Shown one piece after another: positions 9,932 through 19,054 of a DNA stretch of 64,000 bases. Below the pieces are notes generated by a model. That model was given only the letters and a program-made list of their open reading frames with translations. It was not told the DNA's origin and ran no database searches. The stretch covers positions 8,047 to 72,046 of the forward strand of contig CACOZT010000004.1 of NCBI GenBank assembly GCA_902631785.1, read 5' to 3'. Both the position numbers and the translations under genes were made by a program. Positions within the stretch are counted from its first letter, which is position 1, and each line of letters opens with the position of its first letter. The DNA comes from an uncultured SAR86 cluster bacterium. GTDB taxonomy: Bacteria; Pseudomonadota; Gammaproteobacteria; Magnimaribacterales; D2472.

Positions 9932-12478
9932 ATGCTATTTAAAACGGAACTCCTTATGATTTTTAAAAAATTATCTACATTATCTCTTTTCTTTTTGTTC
10001 ACTCTTTTAATTAATTTTGAGCTGAATGCCTTTATTGCTTTGGATTCTGAGAAAGAAAATGCTCAATCTGAAGATTCTCAAGATCAATCCAATAATGAAG
10101 ATGCAAAACCTGAGAATCTTGAAGAATGCATGATGCAAGCAGAAAGCATGAATGATAGTAAAAAATGCGAAAAAGAATTCATGAAGACTATTGAGGAGTT
10201 TATTGAAGAAGAGGAACTCAATCAAATCGATGGATTTCTTAACATATACTCGAATGACGATGGTTCTGTATATTTTTTAAAACTCGATGAAGAAGACTTA
10301 AATAAAAAATTCATTTACTTTTCATATGTCATGAATGCTCCACAAGGTAGCACTCTCACTGGTGGTTTGCCATCCGATGGAAAAGTTTACGAATTTAGAT
10401 CATTTAAAAAAGATAAGATTGGTCTTTACCAAATCAATACTTCTTACATTAAAGGAGATGAAACAAATAATATTGCAAAGTCATCAATAACAAATATTAC
10501 TGAGGCATTTGTAGAAGTTTTTAAGCCTTCTGCTCAAACAGATAATTCAGTACTAATTAATTTAAATAGCATAATCCTATCTGAGAAGATGGATTCAATT
10601 AGCTACATACCAAGTGAATATAGAGAATATATTTCAGTTGACTATGGCATGCCAGACGAAGCAAAAACTTTTGTAAAGAACGTATACAACAACGAGACAA
10701 ATACAGCATTTGAAGTCACATTTGCATTTGAAAATTTTATGCCTAATCCAAATGCTTATTCTGTTTCAGCTGTAACTGATCCTAGATACTTATCTGTTAC
10801 CGGTAGGCATATATTTGTGAAAATGCCAGATGATAGATTTGAAACCAGAGTTAACGATCACAGGATAGGATATTTCGTAAATAAATCTACTGATTTAACC
10901 TCATACGATAATTTTCCAAATTTTGCTTTAATCAATAAATGGAGATTGATTAAAAAAAATCCTGATGCTGAAATGTCAGAACCTGAAGAACCAATTATTT
11001 TTTGGGTAGAAAATACCACTCCTAAAGAAATAATTCCTGCAGTTATTGCTGGTATTGAAAATTGGAATATTGCTTTTGAGGAAGCAGGTTTTATTAATGC
11101 AGTTGTAGCGAAGGTTCAACCTGAAGATGCTGAATGGGATGCAGCTGATTATGATTACAACGTTGTAAGATGGTCATCTGAACCAGATGGAAGTCTTCTT
11201 GGAATTGGACCCCGTGTAAGCAATCCCTTAACAGGAGAAATTATTTCTGCAGATGTTGTTAATAAACTTCTGGCAATTAAGTTGGGTTATAACTATAGAA
11301 AGCTTTACGGCTATACAGAAGATAACGATCCATTAATGCAGTACATTACAAATTTAACTTTACATGAAGTAGGTCATGTATTGGGTTTAAGACATAATTT
11401 TAGAGGAAGTTATTTATACAGCCCTGACGAAATACATGATAAAACTATTACTGGAAATGTTCTTATGAGTTCAGTCATGGACTACGATCCGATTAATATT
11501 GCACCTGATGGTGTCGAACAAGGAGTTTATTTTTCAACTGAGCCAGGAGTTTATGATAAGTGGGCAATTAAATTTGGATATACGCCTAATTTATCAGATG
11601 AAGAACGCACAGCGCTGCTTCAACAATCTGTGAAAAGAGAATTAACATTTGGAACTGACGACGATGCAATGTCGTATCCAGGTAATAATATTGATCCTAG
11701 AACAAAAAGATATGATATGAGTAATGATCCGATTGGTTATGCTGAAGATATCGTAAAAATAGTTGATCAAAAAATAAATGAGCTACCTGAAATCTTTTCT
11801 GATGAGGAAGGCTTTAATAATTATACAAATTCTTTTTATAGACTATTTAGAACAAAAGGCAGATTCCTCGAAACTGTTGCTCAACAAATTGGTGGAGTGT
11901 ATATAAATAAGATTGCTTCAAATCAAGATGATTTTGTATCTCTAGAGCCAGTCCCTTATGAGAAACAAAAACAAGCTTTTGAGCTACTCAAAAATGAAGT
12001 CTTTTCAAATGGAGCTATGGATTATGATCCCAAGATTCTTGCAAATCTTATTTTTGAAAGAGACTCAGATAGTTACTATGCCAATTTTGGTGATAATAAT
12101 GATCCTGACTTTCATGAAATTGTATTAGCAAGTCAAAGCAATATTCTCAGAAACATATTACATCCAGCTGTGATGAAAAGACTAGTAAATAGCTCTTTAT
12201 ATGGAAATAAATATATGCCTAATGAGGTTTTAAGTGACTTAAACTCTGCAATTTTTGTTCTTGGTGAAGAACCTGACACTTTCAAGAAAAATCTTCAATC
12301 TACTTATGTCAATCTTCTTACTAATGGGTTTAATGAAGGTCCGTATGACGATGTTTCTAAAGCAGCGATTTTCTCTGCTTTAAAAGAGATACTCGATTTT
12401 AGTAAAAGAAATAGATTTAAATCTAATCACTACGATTTAATTTATTTTCAGGTAACGAACTTTTTTGATAGTAAATAG
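9932..12478 (+). CDS. Exported zinc-dependent metalloprotease (metzincin, DUF4953/DUF5117-type); start may be the second Met
   Basis: Signal peptide; HEVGHVLGLRHNF zinc motif; SSVMDY Met-turn; GVYDKWAIKFGY. Confidence 0.88.
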   Translation: MLFKTELLMIFKKLSTLSLFFLFTLLINFELNAFIALDSEKENAQSEDSQDQSNNEDAKPENLEECMMQAESMNDSKKCEKEFMKTIEEFIEEEELNQIDGFLNIYSNDDGSVYFLKLDEEDLNKKFIYFSYVMNAPQGSTLTGGLPSDGKVYEFRSFKKDKIGLYQINTSYIKGDETNNIAKSSITNITEAFVEVFKPSAQTDNSVLINLNSIILSEKMDSISYIPSEYREYISVDYGMPDEAKTFVKNVYNNETNTAFEVTFAFENFMPNPNAYSVSAVTDPRYLSVTGRHIFVKMPDDRFETRVNDHRIGYFVNKSTDLTSYDNFPNFALINKWRLIKKNPDAEMSEPEEPIIFWVENTTPKEIIPAVIAGIENWNIAFEEAGFINAVVAKVQPEDAEWDAADYDYNVVRWSSEPDGSLLGIGPRVSNPLTGEIISADVVNKLLAIKLGYNYRKLYGYTEDNDPLMQYITNLTLHEVGHVLGLRHNFRGSYLYSPDEIHDKTITGNVLMSSVMDYDPINIAPDGVEQGVYFSTEPGVYDKWAIKFGYTPNLSDEERTALLQQSVKRELTFGTDDDAMSYPGNNIDPRTKRYDMSNDPIGYAEDIVKIVDQKINELPEIFSDEEGFNNYTNSFYRLFRTKGRFLETVAQQIGGVYINKIASNQDDFVSLEPVPYEKQKQAFELLKNEVFSNGAMDYDPKILANLIFERDSDSYYANFGDNNDPDFHEIVLASQSNILRNILHPAVMKRLVNSSLYGNKYMPNEVLSDLNSAIFVLGEEPDTFKKNLQSTYVNLLTNGFNEGPYDDVSKAAIFSALKEILDFSKRNRFKSNHYDLIYFQVTNFFDSK

Positions 12479-12482
12479 ATAA

Positions 12483-12752
12483 TTAACTTGAAGACTCAAT
12501 TTTAAGCAGCAATGACTTAAGTTGAATTCCACCGATTGGAGTATATCCACCAATCTTGCCGTCGGAACATACGACCCTATGACATGGTCTAATGATGGGA
12601 ATTGGATTCTTTCCGCATGCATTAGCAACAGCTCTGTATGACTTTGGCTTACCAATTGCTTCAGCAATTTCCTTGTATGACTTAGTCTTACCATATGGAA
12701 TCTTATCAATTTCATCAAAAACTAATTTTTCAAAATTAGAATATGATTTCAT
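12483..12752 (-). CDS. ogt: MGMT/Ogt-family O6-alkylguanine DNA methyltransferase, C-terminal domain only
   Basis: IPYGKTKSY, RAVANAC..NP, PCHRV active-site Cys. Confidence 0.85.
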   Translation of the reverse strand: MKSYSNFEKLVFDEIDKIPYGKTKSYKEIAEAIGKPKSYRAVANACGKNPIPIIRPCHRVVCSDGKIGGYTPIGGIQLKSLLLKIESSS

Positions 12753-13988
12753 TTAAATAGCTCTGATAACTTTTGTTATTTTATTTATTGCCCAGTCTAG
12801 GTCCTCTTTTGAAATCATAAGGGGTGGAGCAAACCTGATTACTGTTTTATGAGTTTCTTTGCAGAGAAGTCCCTCATTTAAAAGCATTAAACATAAGTCC
12901 TTAGCATTTACCTCTGATTCATTTAGCTCCATTCCTAACCAAAGCCCTTTACCTCTTACGTCTTTTATAATTTTGTTATCAATCGATTTTAATTTTGATT
13001 TAAAATATTCCCCTAGAATTGCACTGTTTTCTATGAGATTGTCTTCATATAAAAGCTTTAATGCCCTGCTTGCAACTCTGGTTGCTAACGGATTGCCGCC
13101 AAAAGTAGATCCATGTGAGCCTGCATTAAAATGATCCATAACCTCTTTGGAACTTAAAAAAGCTGATATTGGTAACATTGCCCCACCTAATGCTTTTCCA
13201 AGAATCAAGCCATCGGGTCTAATGTTTTCGTGTTCGTAAGCAAATAATTTACCTGTTCGACCAAGTCCAGATTGAATTTCATCAAGAATAAGTAGGACGT
13301 TGTTATCATCACATAAGTCTCTTATTCTTTTTAACCAACCATCTTCAGGAACTCTTATACCAGCCTCACCTTGAATAGGCTCGATTAGTATTGCACAAGT
13401 ATTTTTGTTAATTTTACTTTCAAATGACTTAATCGACTCATCAGCACTACACTCTGACCAGCAATACTTCGCCTCAACAAATCCATCACTAAATGGTCCA
13501 AAACCATTTTTATATGATTCTTCAGAAGAGAAACCTACTATGGTTGTAGTTCTTCCATGAAAATTTCCATCAGCTACAATTATTTCAGCTTTATCTTCTT
13601 TTATGCCCTTAGTGAAATAACCCCATCTCCTAGCAGCCTTTATAGCTGTCTCTACAGCCTCTGCTCCGGTATTCATTGTTAAAACATTTTCATATCCTGT
13701 GACCTTTGTAAGTTCTTCCAAAAAATCTCCAAAAGGTTCTGTGTAAAATGCTCTTGAGGTTATAGCCAATTTATTTGCTTGATCTTGAACTGTCTTGACC
13801 AACTCTGGATGAGAATGCCCATGACTGACAGCAGAATAAGCAGAAACCATGTCAAGATACTTATTTCCCTCAACATCCCAAAGATAGGCACCCTCACCTT
13901 TGTTAAGAACAACTGAAAGTGGTGCATAGTTTTTTGCACCATATAAGGATTCTTTTTTAATATATTCGTCTTGTAAACTTGTTGACAT
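12753..13988 (-). CDS. rocD: Ornithine--oxo-acid aminotransferase
   Basis: GAKNYAPL, SAYSAVSHGH, MNTGAEAVE, NFHGRT, EPIQGEAG, DEIQSGLGRTG, HGSTFGGNPL. Confidence 0.93.
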   Translation of the reverse strand: MSTSLQDEYIKKESLYGAKNYAPLSVVLNKGEGAYLWDVEGNKYLDMVSAYSAVSHGHSHPELVKTVQDQANKLAITSRAFYTEPFGDFLEELTKVTGYENVLTMNTGAEAVETAIKAARRWGYFTKGIKEDKAEIIVADGNFHGRTTTIVGFSSEESYKNGFGPFSDGFVEAKYCWSECSADESIKSFESKINKNTCAILIEPIQGEAGIRVPEDGWLKRIRDLCDDNNVLLILDEIQSGLGRTGKLFAYEHENIRPDGLILGKALGGAMLPISAFLSSKEVMDHFNAGSHGSTFGGNPLATRVASRALKLLYEDNLIENSAILGEYFKSKLKSIDNKIIKDVRGKGLWLGMELNESEVNAKDLCLMLLNEGLLCKETHKTVIRFAPPLMISKEDLDWAINKITKVIRAI

Positions 13989-14029
13989 GAGTGTATTTTA
14001 ACCGCATTGAATTTATCAGCAAGGAACAA

Positions 14030-14926
14030 ATGACTAATCAATCAACTTCACATCTTTTCATGATAGAACCTGAATCTTTTAATTGTAACGAACAAACAGC
14101 ATCATCAAATCATTATCAAGAAAAGCATGCTTTGGAAAATTCCGAAGAAATTAGCGCAAAAGCTTTAGCCGAATTCCATGCTCTTAAAAATGAAATCACT
14201 AAAAGAGGAATTAAAGTTACTTCTCTAAAGGGTAGCAAAGATTGTCCAGATCATATTTTTCCAAATTGGTTTATTACATTCGAAGATAAAACTATGCAAA
14301 TCTTTAGCATGATGGCTCCAAATAGACGTATGGAGAAAAAACCTGAGATGATCGAACATCTTAAAAAAACGTATAAGCTTACAAGTGATATGTCTTCACT
14401 GGAAGACAAGAACATATTTTTAGAATCTACAAGTAGTATGGTTTTTGATAGAGTTAATAATTGTGTCTATGCAGGAATTTCAGAAAGAACAAATAAAATG
14501 CAACTTGAAAAATGGTGCAATGAGAATGGGTATGAGTTAATAGTTTTTGAGACTGAGAGTCATACTGGAGCCTCTATCTATCATACTGATGTTTTGATGT
14601 ATGTTGGCACTGAAATAATTGGAATATGCTTTGATGTAATAAAACCAGAATTCAGAGAACTTGTAAAAGAAAAAGTTCATAGATTTCATGACGTTGTCGA
14701 GCTTAGCTCTGAACAAATATTAAATTTTTGTGGTAACGCAATAGAAGCTCAAAATACTGATGGTGATTTGTTTTTAATTATCTCATCGGCTGCTCATGAT
14801 GCGCTTGAACAAAATCAAATTGATATACTTCACAAATACTATAAGGAGATTATTCATTCAGATATACCCACCATTGAGAAGTATGGTGGTGGTTCAGCGA
14901 GATGTATGCTTACAGAACTCTTTTAA
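14030..14926 (+). CDS. Amidinotransferase-superfamily hydrolase (citrullinase/CtlX-like)
   Basis: Start reassigned to ATG 14030 (AAGGA SD); PDHIFPNW, LESTSSMVFDR, IYHTDV, GGGSARCM catalytic Cys motif. Confidence 0.85.
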   Translation: MTNQSTSHLFMIEPESFNCNEQTASSNHYQEKHALENSEEISAKALAEFHALKNEITKRGIKVTSLKGSKDCPDHIFPNWFITFEDKTMQIFSMMAPNRRMEKKPEMIEHLKKTYKLTSDMSSLEDKNIFLESTSSMVFDRVNNCVYAGISERTNKMQLEKWCNENGYELIVFETESHTGASIYHTDVLMYVGTEIIGICFDVIKPEFRELVKEKVHRFHDVVELSSEQILNFCGNAIEAQNTDGDLFLIISSAAHDALEQNQIDILHKYYKEIIHSDIPTIEKYGGGSARCMLTELF

Positions 14927-14954
14927 AAAAAACGCCTATAAAATAGGCGTTTTT
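14925..14954. terminator. Bidirectional intrinsic terminator between convergent genes
   Basis: AAAAACGCCTAT-AAA-ATAGGCGTTTTT perfect inverted repeat. Confidence 0.88.
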
Positions 14955-14968
14955 AAATATTCTATCTT

Positions 14969-15406
14969 TTAATCGTTTGGATTAATCCATAGTGGCAAGA
15001 CTGCTAGCAGTAAACCGCCAACATAAAATAGCCAAGCGCCAACGACACCAATAATATTTCCATTAGACTCTACATTTTCGATAAATCCTTTAGAACCAGC
15101 TCCAATATCCACTGGACCATTAGCAACATCCAAAGCAGCTAAAGCCTGAGCATGTCCTTCCATAGTTCCATTTATCCATAGACCATTATTGTAAGCTATT
15201 AAAAAAACTCCAAGAGCAAAGCCTGTGCAGATAATTTTTCCTAAAAGATTAGGTCCCTTATCCATAAGAACACTTGAAAACCTTGCTGCAATCCAAACTG
15301 CAATAACAGTTCCTAAAAAAGCTGTAGCATTTGCCTGTCTAGATTGTGCGAATATTTCCCACAAACCTAGCTCAACCATACCGCTTTGCATTACCATTTC
15401 TTCCAT
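14969..15406 (-). CDS. Hypothetical membrane protein (about 3 TM helices)
   Basis: 145 aa ORF, GAGGGAG SD, three hydrophobic segments, own terminator. Confidence 0.8.
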   Translation of the reverse strand: MEEMVMQSGMVELGLWEIFAQSRQANATAFLGTVIAVWIAARFSSVLMDKGPNLLGKIICTGFALGVFLIAYNNGLWINGTMEGHAQALAALDVANGPVDIGAGSKGFIENVESNGNIIGVVGAWLFYVGGLLLAVLPLWINPND

Positions 15407-15480
15407 AATTTCTCCCTCATTATTTAAAAGAACTTATATATTACTAAAATTTATGAGTAAATTGTATACGTATATTTATA

Positions 15481-16332
15481 TTAAATTTCTTTAACAAAAT
15501 CAGATACTTGCTTTACCCCACCAAGAGGAAAGAAATGAACTTTTTCAATGTTGAAATCTGGATTTTTATCTTTGTATTCAGCCAGTTGAGAAATAATAGT
15601 AGTAGGTTTATAGGGTAGTAATAAATTTGTTAAATCTTTTGCGCGTTTTTGGATTATTTTAATTGAAGCACCAACTCCACACTCCAAAGAATATCTTAAT
15701 AACGTTTGTAATTTGGCTGGGCCAGCAATACCAATATGAATAGGAATATCTACACCAGAGGCTTTTACACTGTTTGCCCAACTAATTACTGCATCAGCAT
15801 CAAAGCTAAACTGAGTAGTTATTGCCATTTTAGCGTCAGTTCTCTTGCTATATTCATTTTTCCAAGATAATGCATGATCAACATTTTTTGTAGAACCGTC
15901 CGGATCAATATCTAAACTTCCCTCAGGATGTCCGGCTATGTGCAGATTACTAAAATTTGCTTTATCAAAGAGCTCAGATTCTATAAGTTGAATTGAAGAA
16001 TCATATTCTCCATATGGTTTATTTGCTCCGCCTGCAATTAAAAGCGCATTAGAAACATTAGCTTCATTTTTATATCTTGAAATCCAATCATTAAGTACTT
16101 TCTTATCTTTTATAATTCTTGCTGGGAAATGTGGCATAGGGCAAAAACCCTGATCATTTATCTTTTTTGCTGTTGCAACCATCTCATCGATTGGAGTACC
16201 TTCAATATGAGCTATGTATATAAGAGTTCCAGATGGGACATAGTCTTCAAAATTTTCAATTTTAGATGCTGCTTTTGGCGTCACCTCAACTGAAAAACCA
16301 TCTAAAAAATTTTTTACTGCTTCATTGCTCAT
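15481..16332 (-). CDS. metF: Methylenetetrahydrofolate reductase-like flavoprotein (divergent MetF)
   Basis: SVEVTP, PMPHFPAR, IAGHPEG, ITTQFSFD, HIGIAGP, VHFFPLGG. Confidence 0.8.
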   Translation of the reverse strand: MSNEAVKNFLDGFSVEVTPKAASKIENFEDYVPSGTLIYIAHIEGTPIDEMVATAKKINDQGFCPMPHFPARIIKDKKVLNDWISRYKNEANVSNALLIAGGANKPYGEYDSSIQLIESELFDKANFSNLHIAGHPEGSLDIDPDGSTKNVDHALSWKNEYSKRTDAKMAITTQFSFDADAVISWANSVKASGVDIPIHIGIAGPAKLQTLLRYSLECGVGASIKIIQKRAKDLTNLLLPYKPTTIISQLAEYKDKNPDFNIEKVHFFPLGGVKQVSDFVKEI

Positions 16333-16352
16333 AACTTATTAAACCATATATC

Positions 16353-16442
16353 TGGCGGAGAGTGAGGGATTCGAACCCTCGAACCAGTTGCCCAGTTACC
16401 TCCTTAGCAGGGAGGCGCTTTCGACCACTCAGCCAACTCTCC
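16353..16442 (-). tRNA. tRNA-Ser(GCT)
   Basis: GGAGAGT acceptor stem, anticodon arm CCTCC-CTGCTAA-GGAGG, long variable arm, GGTTCGAATCC, encoded CCA. Confidence 0.97.
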
Positions 16443-16497
16443 TATTTGTATTTAAGAAGAGGGATTATAACTCTTTGAAAATATAAAGATAACTATA

Positions 16498-17832
16498 TTA
16501 TCTATCGAATTCTATTTGCATACCATTTGGTAATGTTTCTTCAACTTTGCCATCTTTGAAGGCAACATTTCCATTAACAATAGTCATAAAAATTGAAGAT
16601 TGAAATGTATGTCCATTAAATGGAGACCAGCCGCATTTGTATAAAATATTATCTTTGGATACTGTATAAGGATTATCTATATCTAGAATTGCTAAATCAG
16701 CAAAATACCCTTCTCTAATGTATCCTCTATCTTTAATTTGAAATCTTTTAGCAACATTATGGCTAGTTTTTTGAACAATTGTCTCTAGAGAAAGAATGTC
16801 TTGATGATAAAAATCCATAAGTATTTGCATGCCATGTTGAACAAGTGGAAGCCCTGCAGGCGCATCTGGATAACTTTGATTTTTTTCCTCCCATGTATGA
16901 GGCGCATGATCAGTTGCAATAATATCTATCTTGTCTTTAAGCAAGGCGTCAATAAGAGCCAATCTATCTGATTCAAATTTTATTGAAGGATTGCATTTTA
17001 TTTGATTACCTAAATCTGCATATCTTGATTCATTAAAATACATATGGTGAACGCATACTTCTGCTGTGATTTTTTTTCCATCAATTTTGCCTGCAGTAAA
17101 AAGCTCCATCTCTTTTTCTGTAGTTAAATGAAAAACGTGGAGGTCAGAATCATATTTTTTTGCTAAATCTACTGCGAGTGAACTCGACAAATAACAACTA
17201 TCAACATCCCTAATTAGGTGATGATGTTCAGCTGATACGCTATCACCGTATTTATTAAAAAATAGTTCTTCATTTTCTTTGACCCTTTTCTGATCTTCGC
17301 AATGAGTTACGACAATTAGTGGAGAATAATTAAAAATATCATCTAATGCATCGATATCATCAACCAACATTTCTCCAAATGATGCTCCCATAAAAACTTT
17401 TAATGCAGATGCCTGGTGAATATCAACTTTTTTTATTTCTTCGATATTTGTATTACTTGCTCCTAAGTGAAATGAATAATTAGACACGGCTCTCGTGCTG
17501 GCTAATTCAAACTTTTTGGTTAAGTTTTCATTTGTAGTTGTTGTAGGATTAACATTTGGCATCTCAAAAAAACTGGTAACACCTCCAGCAAGACCAGCCC
17601 TTGATTCTGAGGCTATATCTCCTTTGTGGGTTAATCCAGGCTCTCTAAAATGTACCTGATCATCAATAAGTCCTGGTATGACATATCTTCCATTAATGTC
17701 AATTATTTCTTTAGATTCAGAATTAATATCGCTTGAAACAAGTTCAATCCTTTGATTCTTTATTGCTATATCAGATTCAATATTAGAATTTTCGTTAATA
17801 ATTTTGCAATTTTTTAATATTAAATCGTACAT
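16498..17832 (-). CDS. pyrC: Dihydroorotase (long, cyclic amidohydrolase type)
   Basis: PGLIDDQVHFREPG, EMPN, KVFMG, HCED, KCNP, ATDHAPH. Confidence 0.85.
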   Translation of the reverse strand: MYDLILKNCKIINENSNIESDIAIKNQRIELVSSDINSESKEIIDINGRYVIPGLIDDQVHFREPGLTHKGDIASESRAGLAGGVTSFFEMPNVNPTTTTNENLTKKFELASTRAVSNYSFHLGASNTNIEEIKKVDIHQASALKVFMGASFGEMLVDDIDALDDIFNYSPLIVVTHCEDQKRVKENEELFFNKYGDSVSAEHHHLIRDVDSCYLSSSLAVDLAKKYDSDLHVFHLTTEKEMELFTAGKIDGKKITAEVCVHHMYFNESRYADLGNQIKCNPSIKFESDRLALIDALLKDKIDIIATDHAPHTWEEKNQSYPDAPAGLPLVQHGMQILMDFYHQDILSLETIVQKTSHNVAKRFQIKDRGYIREGYFADLAILDIDNPYTVSKDNILYKCGWSPFNGHTFQSSIFMTIVNGNVAFKDGKVEETLPNGMQIEFDR

Positions 17833-19047
17833 TTATTTGTCTAATTCGAATTCCTCATGTAAAACTTGAACAGCTTTATCAACTAAATCCTTATCGATAA
17901 CCATTGTTATTTTTATTTCAGAAGTACATATTATTTGGATATTTACATCGTTTTGAGACAAAGCCTTAAATGCTTTACTTGCAACTCCAGCCTGTGATCT
18001 CATACCAACTCCAACTATTGATACTTTTGCAATTTCAGAATCAATCATCAAATCGTTAAATTCAACTTCGCTTTTTATATCTTCAATTACTTTGGTTACT
18101 GTATCTTGATCCTCTGCTGAGACAGTAAAAGTAAAATCAGTTTTTCCATCAACACTTACGTTTTGAACAATTACATCAACCTCAACTTCTGCATCACTTA
18201 TTGGACCAAGTATCTTGAATGCTGTGCCTGGTATGTCTCCGACTCCGTGCAGAGTAAATTTTACTTGATCTTTTTGAAATGCAATGCCTGAAACTAAAGC
18301 ATTTTCCATGGTTTCTTCCTTTAAATTAATTAGTGTGCCTTCTCCATCATTAAAGCTTGATAGTACTCTTACAGGGACATTATATTTATTAGCAAACTCA
18401 ACAGCTCTTGTTTGTATTACCTTTGCCCCTTGTCCTGCAAGTTCAAGCATTTCTTCCATTGTAATAGAATCTAATTTTTTTGCATTCGATACTATCTTTG
18501 GATCAGTTGTAAATATACCATCAACGTCTGTATAAATGTCACATCTTGAGGCATTGACTTGAGCTGCGATTGCTACTGCAGTTGTATCAGAGCCTCCTCT
18601 TCCAAGTGTTGTTACATCACCACCTTCAGTAATTCCTTGGAAACCAGTTATTATTGGAATTGTTCCATCCTCGATAACTTTTAATATTTTCTCAGCATCA
18701 ACGTCCAAAATTTTAGCTTTTGAATATGAATCAGTAGTTTTCATTGATATTTGTGATGCTGAAAATGATCTAGCTTTAATGCCTTTTGAATGAAGTGCCA
18801 TTGTAAGCAAGGCAGAGCTTATTGTTTCGCCTGTTGAAACTAATGCATCAAATTCCCTTTTATCAGGATTCTCTCCAAAATGATTTGCTAACTTTATAAG
18901 CTTGTTTGTCTCACCACTCATTGCTGATACAACAACAATTACAGTATTTGAATGTGAGGCATTTTTTACTATCTCTGCAACAGATTCAATTCTCTCTACT
19001 GAACCAACAGAGGTACCTCCAAACTTTTGAACAATAATTTCTGACAT
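17833..19047 (-). CDS. lysC: Aspartate kinase
   Basis: VQKFGGTSV, VVVSAM, LGRGGSDTTA, YTDVDG, two ACT domains. Confidence 0.97.
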   Translation of the reverse strand: MSEIIVQKFGGTSVGSVERIESVAEIVKNASHSNTVIVVVSAMSGETNKLIKLANHFGENPDKREFDALVSTGETISSALLTMALHSKGIKARSFSASQISMKTTDSYSKAKILDVDAEKILKVIEDGTIPIITGFQGITEGGDVTTLGRGGSDTTAVAIAAQVNASRCDIYTDVDGIFTTDPKIVSNAKKLDSITMEEMLELAGQGAKVIQTRAVEFANKYNVPVRVLSSFNDGEGTLINLKEETMENALVSGIAFQKDQVKFTLHGVGDIPGTAFKILGPISDAEVEVDVIVQNVSVDGKTDFTFTVSAEDQDTVTKVIEDIKSEVEFNDLMIDSEIAKVSIVGVGMRSQAGVASKAFKALSQNDVNIQIICTSEIKITMVIDKDLVDKAVQVLHEEFELDK

Positions 19048-19054
19048 AGTTTTA

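Noticed and set aside
17640-17670. Dihydroorotase DDQVH instead of DxHxH, possible inactive enzyme
   Set aside because: Gln at this position is a recognised variant in this long dihydroorotase subgroup and other ligands are intact; not evidence of a pseudogene
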